Program-made: the position numbers and the translations under genes | Notes under the pieces: model-generated | The model's database searches: none | What the model was told of the DNA's origin: nothing | Seen by the model: only the letters and a program-made list of their open reading frames with translations | Shown: piece by piece, positions 57,452 through 64,000 of the stretch | How positions within the stretch are numbered: the first letter of the stretch is position 1 | How the letters are laid out: the number at the start of each line of letters is the position of its first letter | Virus record (IMG/VR): IMGVR_UViG_3300037963_002983 | Direction: 5' to 3' (one strand) | DNA: 64,000 nucleotides | From: an uncultured virus (IMG/VR IMGVR_UViG_3300037963_002983) | Lineage: Duplodnaviria; Heunggongvirae; Uroviricota; Caudoviricetes

Positions 57452-58959
57452 TAATTAATGGAAGTGAAGTAAAGGAAAAACTGTTGAAAGGCATAGACAT
57501 AGTTGCTAATACAGTAAAACCTACACTTGGCCCACAAGCCAAGACAGTTATATTACAAGGTAATCCACCTGTTGTAATTAATGATGGAGTTACAATTACA
57601 AAATATATTAGTGATGAAGACCCCTATGTTCAAATGGGAATACAACTAGTTCAAAACTTAGCAAGTAAAGCGCAAGAGGGTAGTGGTGATGGAACTACTA
57701 CCGCTTGTATTCTTGCTCAAGCATTGTGTCATAATATGTTAGATGCACCGGAAATGAATGTTCATCAATTTAATAATAGAATTGAATCATTGAAACTTCT
57801 CACAATTCAATTTCTAGATAAAGAAGCGCAAGAAGTTGATGATGGAGACATTACTAATATTGCCACAATAGCGGCCAATAATGATTCTCATTTGGGTTCT
57901 TTGATTGCCGAGGCCATTGATAAAGTTGGGCGTGATGGTATTATCACTGTTGAAGAATCTAAAACACATAATACTGAAATTGTAGTAAGAAAAGGATTAG
58001 AGATTGATGAAGGTTATATGAGTCATTTAATGGCTAATAGTGAAGATGGTAAATGCACATTTGATAGTCCACTGATTTTCTTATCTAACTTAGCGATAAG
58101 AAACTTTAGTGAAATATTACCTATGATGGAACATGCGGCAAGTAAGAATTTACCTCTAGTTATATTCTGTAAAGGAATGGAAGGTAATGCTATGAACAAT
58201 GTAGTTATGAATCTTTTACAAAAGACAATAGAAGTTGCAGTAATTACCGCACCTAACTTTGGTGATGCTCAATTAGATGAGTTGGCTGATATTGCAGGAG
58301 TTGTTGGTGGAACAGTCTATACAGATGAAAGCAAAGACGACCCTAAGAAAATACATTCACATACTTTTGGAAGTTGCGACACTATTACAATTACTAAAGA
58401 TAAAACAATCTTTGTTGGAGGTAATAGACCACTAACAGAAAACAGAATAACTACACTAAAAGGAACACTTGAAGATTCTCAAGACGAGTATGACAAACTT
58501 AGGCTTAAGAAAAGAATAGCAAGGCTTAGTGGTGGCGTTGCTACAATTAAAGTCGGTGCTTCATCATCTATTGAAATGAGAGAGAAGAAAGAAAGATTAG
58601 ACGATGCTCTTAATGCTACAAAAGCCGCACTAGAAGAAGGGATTATTGTTGGCGGTGGACTAACATTAGCAAAGGTCGCAAAGAAAGCAATAAAAGGAAC
58701 AAAACATTGTGGGTGGTTTGAGTTAGCCATGCAAGAACCAATGAAAGTCTTACAAAGAAACAGTGGAATAGATAACCCTTCTGTTTCTTTTGGCAAGAAA
58801 GATATGGGCTTTAATGCTTTAACAGGTAGCACTCAAAACTTAAGAAAAGCAGGAGTCTTTGACCCCGTTAAAGTAACTAAGAATAGTTTCTTAGCGGCTA
58901 TGTCTATCGCACAACTTTTCTATTCAACCGATGTAGCAGTATTATTGCCGGAGGAATAA
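57448..58959 (+). CDS. groEL: Group I chaperonin
   Basis: TLGP, NDGVTI, GDGTTT, APNFGD, DDALNATKAA, DPVKV. Confidence 0.93.
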   Translation: MIINGSEVKEKLLKGIDIVANTVKPTLGPQAKTVILQGNPPVVINDGVTITKYISDEDPYVQMGIQLVQNLASKAQEGSGDGTTTACILAQALCHNMLDAPEMNVHQFNNRIESLKLLTIQFLDKEAQEVDDGDITNIATIAANNDSHLGSLIAEAIDKVGRDGIITVEESKTHNTEIVVRKGLEIDEGYMSHLMANSEDGKCTFDSPLIFLSNLAIRNFSEILPMMEHAASKNLPLVIFCKGMEGNAMNNVVMNLLQKTIEVAVITAPNFGDAQLDELADIAGVVGGTVYTDESKDDPKKIHSHTFGSCDTITITKDKTIFVGGNRPLTENRITTLKGTLEDSQDEYDKLRLKKRIARLSGGVATIKVGASSSIEMREKKERLDDALNATKAALEEGIIVGGGLTLAKVAKKAIKGTKHCGWFELAMQEPMKVLQRNSGIDNPSVSFGKKDMGFNALTGSTQNLRKAGVFDPVKVTKNSFLAAMSIAQLFYSTDVAVLLPEE

Positions 58960-58961
58960 AT

Positions 58962-59159
58962 ATGGGATATAGAGAAATGAAAAACTTAGCGTGTTATGTT
59001 GCTACTAATATTTATGATTGGGATAAGCAAGATATAGAAGATATGGTAGAACAGGTAGGTTGTATAGAAACCGTAGTTGATTTCTTAAGAGAATATCAAA
59101 ACAGGTTTGGTGTCGGTATGAAGGTTAAAATTGAATGGGCTTTATTGTCGGAGGAATAA
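58962..59159 (+). CDS. Hypothetical protein
   Basis: GGAGG RBS. Confidence 0.5.
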   Translation: MGYREMKNLACYVATNIYDWDKQDIEDMVEQVGCIETVVDFLREYQNRFGVGMKVKIEWALLSEE

Positions 59160-59240
59160 GATTGAAATGTCCTAATTGTTGGAGAGATATGACTAAGTAT
59201 TATGCTAGAAGGTTCGGTATGTGTAAGGTATGTTTAGAAG

Positions 59241-59648
59241 GTGAAGAAAATGAAAAAAAGAGCAATAACAGTTAATTTACCTGCACCACATAAAGCACAG
59301 ATAAAATGCCCTATTTGTAAAGGGAATAAATGTATAGTTTGTAATATGACAGGTAATCTAAAGATAGATGTTGCACCAAAGATACCAATACAAAGAGCGC
59401 ACATTATCAAATATGTTATGGAGAACATGCAAGATGTTTCACAAGAACTAACTAGAATGTATGGCTTAGTACCGGAAGTAGGAACTAAAGAAGTAGTGAT
59501 GGTTAATGAAGGGCAGTATGAAATAGTGCAAGTATCATCTTTGGGCGGTGCTTGTTGGGTAGTAAACAGATTAGATTTGTTAGAAACACCACGATACTTT
59601 ACTTCTTTAAAGGAACTAAAGAAGTTCAAAGAGGGGTGGATGAGTTGA
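59241..59648 (+). CDS. DnaJ-type zinc-finger protein
   Basis: CPICKGNKCIVCNMTG. Confidence 0.55.
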   Translation: MKKMKKRAITVNLPAPHKAQIKCPICKGNKCIVCNMTGNLKIDVAPKIPIQRAHIIKYVMENMQDVSQELTRMYGLVPEVGTKEVVMVNEGQYEIVQVSSLGGACWVVNRLDLLETPRYFTSLKELKKFKEGWMS

Positions 59649-59842
59649 GTGATTTAGAAACAAAGGGAACAATAGCCCGAAACGCAACGGAAGAGATTTT
59701 AGTTAAGCGTGGAAATTATTGGAACATTGAAGTCTTTGATGTTCGATGGTATGTTAATGACAAACCATCAAGAAAAGGTATTCGCATGAATATTGAAGAG
59801 GCTAAATTATTATTAAAAATATTGGAGAGAGAATTAGAATGA
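59645..59842 (+). CDS. PC4-like ssDNA-binding protein
   Basis: FDVRWY...KPSRKGIRM; TTG start. Confidence 0.75.
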   Translation: MSDLETKGTIARNATEEILVKRGNYWNIEVFDVRWYVNDKPSRKGIRMNIEEAKLLLKILERELE

Positions 59843-59939
59843 ATGAAATTATACAAACAAGACACGGAGAGGCACTACCTTTCCTTTGCATAGAATATAG
59901 AGATGGAACACTAGAAGTAATATTGGAGTTGATTAATCA

Positions 59940-60227
59940 ATGAGTAAAATAATAACAGATGTACAAATAAAAAGATTGATGAAGATTACGAATCCTAAAA
60001 GAGAATGGTCGGAAGGTTGCATACAACGCCTTAGAGCAGATATTGTAACTTTGGCAGGTTTTTTACTTGAGGAAGTTGAAACAAGAATGGTAGGAAACAG
60101 CAGAGTTAAACCACAAGATATAGCAGACTCTTTGTATATTTTAGCAAATGCCATAAGACTATCAAAACACCCTGTAATAGAACATTATGTAGCGGAGCAT
60201 AAAGAAGTTCTTGGAGGCGAGGAATAA
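59940..60227 (+). CDS. Histone-fold protein (putative)
   Basis: QIKRLMK...WSEGC, long helix, then RVKPQDI. Confidence 0.55.
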   Translation: MSKIITDVQIKRLMKITNPKREWSEGCIQRLRADIVTLAGFLLEEVETRMVGNSRVKPQDIADSLYILANAIRLSKHPVIEHYVAEHKEVLGGEE

Positions 60228-60583
60228 TGCTTAGATATATTAGAACTTGGCAAAATGATAAGAAGTTTAAGGAGTGGGGCAAACAAATTAGAAAGAAGTT
60301 ATCTAATGAAAGATTAGAAGAACACTTCGATAAAGACTTTTCACAAATGAGCAACACTAATGAATTTACAAGGGCTTCTTTTGTTATGTATTGGGAAATA
60401 CAAACAGACACCAAGTTAGGAACAATAGCCCCTCCTTTAGTTCAAGGAACATTAATCTCTATGACTAACAGATTAATAGAACAAGGAAAGATGGATGAAG
60501 TTCAAGTAATGAACGCTATTATGATTAACTTCACTCGTATTATGGGTGTTATCAATAGTGGTGACGATGATGAAGAGGAATGA
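60227..60583 (+). CDS. Hypothetical protein
   Basis: Translationally coupled ORF. Confidence 0.55.
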   Translation: MLRYIRTWQNDKKFKEWGKQIRKKLSNERLEEHFDKDFSQMSNTNEFTRASFVMYWEIQTDTKLGTIAPPLVQGTLISMTNRLIEQGKMDEVQVMNAIMINFTRIMGVINSGDDDEEE

Positions 60584-60699
60584 TTGGGTTTATTTAGCGA
60601 ATGCTATGTGGGCTTACGCTGAAAAACATGAAGGTAGAGTTAGTGACCTTCTAAAAGAATTAATAACAAAAGTAAATAAAAATAAGGAGATGATTATAG

Positions 60700-62274
60700 A
60701 TGATAGATTGGAAGATGATGAGCCGACTGTTAGAATCCACAAAGGACAAAACACCAACTCAACAAGTAAAATTGATAGCAACAGAACTAGATAAGTTTGC
60801 TTCTAGTAAAAGTGTAGCAATACAAATTTTGGCTAGGGAATATCCTAGTAATAATATTGGTTTAGCAAAGGCTAAGTCTTGGCTAACTAAGATTTTTAAT
60901 TGCTTTGATGATGAAATAGAAGTATTATATGCAATAGATGGAGAATTAGGAGAAGCAGTATATTTACTAGACGCAGGAGCAGAAACTCAAAGAAACATAG
61001 GTATTGTTTCTGTTCTAAGAGTTTTAGAGAATGCTTGTGGTTCTGTAAATGATGCTTCTTTTCTTTTGGTGCAAGATGTTTTATTAAAAATGTCAGCACT
61101 AGAAAGAAAATGGTTTGTTAGATACTGGTTGGGTTCACCAACAAACGGTATTGATAGTGGAGTTGTTAAGAAAGTTTTAGCAAAACACTACGATAAGAAA
61201 ATTAGTGAAGTTAAGAAACATGCTAATTTCAACAGTTTAGGTAATCTTTGTGTATATTATGAAATGAAAGAAGAACCGCCCATGAAATTATCACATGGAA
61301 CTTTTGTAAAGCCAATGTTAGCAAAAGAAGTGCCTATGAATAAATGGCCTAAAGATAAAATTGTTGATTATAAGTATGATGGTAATAGATACCAAATACA
61401 CAAACAAGGAGATAATGTAATTATCTTTAATCGTAAGGGTTCTATTGTCACACCACAGTTTCAAGATGTTGTAGAGCAAGTTAGAGAATATGACTCTCTT
61501 GCAGAAACAGAAGTGAATTGTATTCTTGATGGTGAAATATATCCAATTAAAGATGATGGTTCACCTGCTGAACATAAACTAATGGGAACAAGAGTTCATT
61601 CTAAAGACCATGCGGAAGCAAGAGAGAAAGTTAAAGTCAAGTGGGTTATATTTGATTGTCTTAAGATTGGTGATGAAACTATAATGGATTATCCATATAG
61701 TCGTAGATTAGAGTGTTTAGAAGCAGACGGTAGCCCTTATGGTATAACTATGCCCGACCAAGCGCATAGAATGGAAGAGGGCGGTGATGTTCTAGCATTC
61801 TATAATAGAGCGATTAACGATGGTTTTGAGGGCATTATTGTCAAGGATATTAGTTTACCCTATGAAGCAGGAAAGAGAAGCGCAGGATGGGCTAAATACA
61901 AGCCTCCTCGCATTGAATTAGATGTGGCTATTACTACTGCTAAATATGGCGAAGGCTCAAGAGCAAATGTGTTTGGAACTTTTGGTATTTCTGTAAAGAG
62001 CGATAGTGGTTTCAAATCGGTAGGTTCTATTGGAACGGGTTTTAGTGATGCTGATTTAGTTTGGCTAACAAATGAACTAAGAAAGAATGTAGAAACTTAC
62101 GATAAAGGAACATATAACTTATTACCGAGAGTTGTTTTAGAAGTATCAGCAGACTTAGTTACTCAAGATGCAAAGGGCAACTATGGGTTAAGATTTCCTA
62201 GATGTAAAAGAATACGACATGACAAGTTTGTGGCTGATATTAATACAATAGAAGATGTGGAGGATTTAGTTTGA
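60700..62274 (+). CDS. lig: ATP-dependent DNA ligase (archaeal type)
   Basis: KPMLA, YKYDG, ILDGE, IFD, EGIIVK, WAKYK, LRFPR. Confidence 0.93.
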   Translation: MIDWKMMSRLLESTKDKTPTQQVKLIATELDKFASSKSVAIQILAREYPSNNIGLAKAKSWLTKIFNCFDDEIEVLYAIDGELGEAVYLLDAGAETQRNIGIVSVLRVLENACGSVNDASFLLVQDVLLKMSALERKWFVRYWLGSPTNGIDSGVVKKVLAKHYDKKISEVKKHANFNSLGNLCVYYEMKEEPPMKLSHGTFVKPMLAKEVPMNKWPKDKIVDYKYDGNRYQIHKQGDNVIIFNRKGSIVTPQFQDVVEQVREYDSLAETEVNCILDGEIYPIKDDGSPAEHKLMGTRVHSKDHAEAREKVKVKWVIFDCLKIGDETIMDYPYSRRLECLEADGSPYGITMPDQAHRMEEGGDVLAFYNRAINDGFEGIIVKDISLPYEAGKRSAGWAKYKPPRIELDVAITTAKYGEGSRANVFGTFGISVKSDSGFKSVGSIGTGFSDADLVWLTNELRKNVETYDKGTYNLLPRVVLEVSADLVTQDAKGNYGLRFPRCKRIRHDKFVADINTIEDVEDLV

Positions 62275-62714
62275 CGGAAGATTGGAATAAGTGGCTAAAA
62301 GATATGTTTGATGAAACAATTTATGAAACTGATGATTTGACTAGTCCTATAGAAGTCAAAGACTTGATAAATAAATATGGAAAGGCATCTATATTTACAT
62401 ATGCTCTTTATAGTGACATAACAGAGGGAGATATATTTGTTATAACTAAAGGACTATATGTTGCTTTACGATGTAATGATAGCATTGTTCTTCCAAAAGA
62501 TTTTGAAAGAAACATGCTTATTATTGAAGCAAAAGAAGATAAGGAAAAGGCTTCTTTGTTTGGAAGGGTAGAAAACACAAACCTAAACATTGTTTTGGGC
62601 GGATGTTTTCAAGAACACTACGAGTATATTCAACATCTTGTTCTTGAAGGTTTACAGTATATGCAAGTAGAATGTGAGTTCATTGGATTCTTTGAGGTTG
62701 AGTCCAATGTATAG
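62271..62714 (+). CDS. Hypothetical protein
   Basis: 147 aa ORF. Confidence 0.5.
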   Translation: MTEDWNKWLKDMFDETIYETDDLTSPIEVKDLINKYGKASIFTYALYSDITEGDIFVITKGLYVALRCNDSIVLPKDFERNMLIIEAKEDKEKASLFGRVENTNLNIVLGGCFQEHYEYIQHLVLEGLQYMQVECEFIGFFEVESNV

Positions 62715-63105
62715 TGAAGATATGCTAAAGGGTATATTTCTTGCTAAAGCAAAGGGACACATAGGGCTAACTAAGAATGATGGTATTTTGATAGGCTATC
62801 GAACTAAACTAACAATTAGTATTAGAGGTAGTCCTAAGTTCCTACAAGCAATACAAAGAACTCTTGTTCAGTATGATATAGAGTCTAAGTTTAAACCTCA
62901 GCAAAATAAAAGTAGACCAACACCGATATTAATTATATCGGGAATAAAAAATATTGCGTTGGTAGTTCACAAGTTATTGGTGGATTTACCCGATGCTAAC
63001 GACAGTCTTAGTGACTTTAAACGAGCAGTAAGAATAGTAGCCGAGGCAAGACACTTACAATTAGAAGGATTAGAAGAATTATTTAAAATAAAAGGGGTTA
63101 TGTAA
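62707..63105 (+). CDS. Degenerate LAGLIDADG-like protein
   Basis: LKGIFLAKAKG helix lacks the catalytic acid; C-terminal HLQLEGLEEL is typical of the family. Confidence 0.55.
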   Translation: MYSEDMLKGIFLAKAKGHIGLTKNDGILIGYRTKLTISIRGSPKFLQAIQRTLVQYDIESKFKPQQNKSRPTPILIISGIKNIALVVHKLLVDLPDANDSLSDFKRAVRIVAEARHLQLEGLEELFKIKGVM

Positions 63106-63950
63106 TGGGATTAACAAATATGAATAGAAATAGACCAATAATAATAACAGGAAAAACAGGAACAGGAAAAACAAGAAAGGCAAGAGAGATTCTTCCAGAT
63201 GCTTTGGTTATGTTTAGTGATGAATTAGAAATAGACTCAAATTCAATTAATGTTGAAAATGGACTTATTATCGAAGATATTCATTATAATAGCGATAAAG
63301 AACGCTTATTGAATATAATTAGACGGTATAGAGGTAAACTAGTAATGACCTCGCTTAATGAAAAAGACATTCCAAAGGAAGTGAAGCCTCTTTGCCAAAT
63401 AAAAAGAGCAGGAACTAAAAATCACTTGTTAGAATCAATCAAAGAACTAGCACCTAGAAGTGAAGAACCGTTTTCATCGAAAATGGACACCTTTAGTTTA
63501 GTGAATTACTTCTTGAAAGAAAGCGATAGGGAAGAAGTTTGTAGGGTTTTGAAGATTAACAAACCATCCGATACTCAAATATTGAATTGGCTTTGTGTAA
63601 ATTCAAATCCGAATAAGTTGTTATTCATTGATGGTAGAGTTAGAAGAAGATGGTCGCAAGATTACTTTTATGAAATGTTAGCATACGCCTATGATGGTAG
63701 GTTTTATGGTAGGTTGAATATGCCAACTAGAAAACAATATTCAAAGATACCTTCTTTGCTAAGGAGATTGGGTATTAAGAATGCTGATAAAAGGATATTC
63801 AAGCAATTAACTAATGATGAAGACTTTGTTAAGTTTGCTAAAAGCAAACTAAATAATAGCGAGTGTCGCCTAATGAATTTAGGAGAAAAGCGGGTGCGTA
63901 AAGCAAAGCCCGTTAAGAAAAAACAGGTTAGTTTGGGTGACTACTTATGA
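63105..63950 (+). CDS. Clamp-loader (RFC)-like AAA+ protein
   Basis: IITGKTGTGKT, LIIEDI, VMTSLN. Confidence 0.6.
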   Translation: MGLTNMNRNRPIIITGKTGTGKTRKAREILPDALVMFSDELEIDSNSINVENGLIIEDIHYNSDKERLLNIIRRYRGKLVMTSLNEKDIPKEVKPLCQIKRAGTKNHLLESIKELAPRSEEPFSSKMDTFSLVNYFLKESDREEVCRVLKINKPSDTQILNWLCVNSNPNKLLFIDGRVRRRWSQDYFYEMLAYAYDGRFYGRLNMPTRKQYSKIPSLLRRLGIKNADKRIFKQLTNDEDFVKFAKSKLNNSECRLMNLGEKRVRKAKPVKKKQVSLGDYL

Positions 63951-64000
63951 AGATTAGAAAAGGAAAAAAGAGAGTAGTCATGCGACTGATAAATATAGTC

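Noticed and set aside
26579..62274. Inteins in terminase, helicase or ligase
   Set aside because: Normal protein lengths and no intein splice-junction motifs seen
42316..62590. Minus-strand ORFs in the plus-strand block, including 45782-46324 and 46733-46996
   Set aside because: Antisense shadows, or translations of repeat DNA

Overview
This window is part of an AT-rich, tailed (HK97-fold) archaeal dsDNA virus. Gene content (TFIIB, ATP-dependent ligases, clamp-loader-like ATPase, GroEL/GroES, GGTGA/GGAGG ribosome-binding sites, TATA-box promoters, marine-phage accessory domains) suggests a Marine Group II/Poseidoniales virus (magrovirus-like). That assignment is inference, not a database result. 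Positions 1-41.7 kb are a minus-strand morphogenesis block: tail tube, adaptor, MCP, prohead protease/scaffold, portal and terminase. Positions 41.9-64 kb are a plus-strand early/replication block. The main observations are: (1) about 24 unrelated small proteins share an N-terminal W-x-x-[IVL]-[LIV]-K tag that resembles the scaffold C-terminus, and they sit in cassette arrays with duplicated junction DNA, a candidate capsid-targeting cargo system; (2) a repeated terminator/covarying-hairpin/palindrome/TATA unit at 41.9-46.4 kb drives short genes and an array of end-paired structured RNAs separated by ACCTATTCAT linkers; (3) a viral ubiquitin-like module (Ubl, E1, JAB, possible E2); (4) a Ras/Arf-like small GTPase with membrane proteins inside the structural block; (5) an iteron-like probable origin at 46.5-46.8 kb. 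All calls were made by eye without searches.
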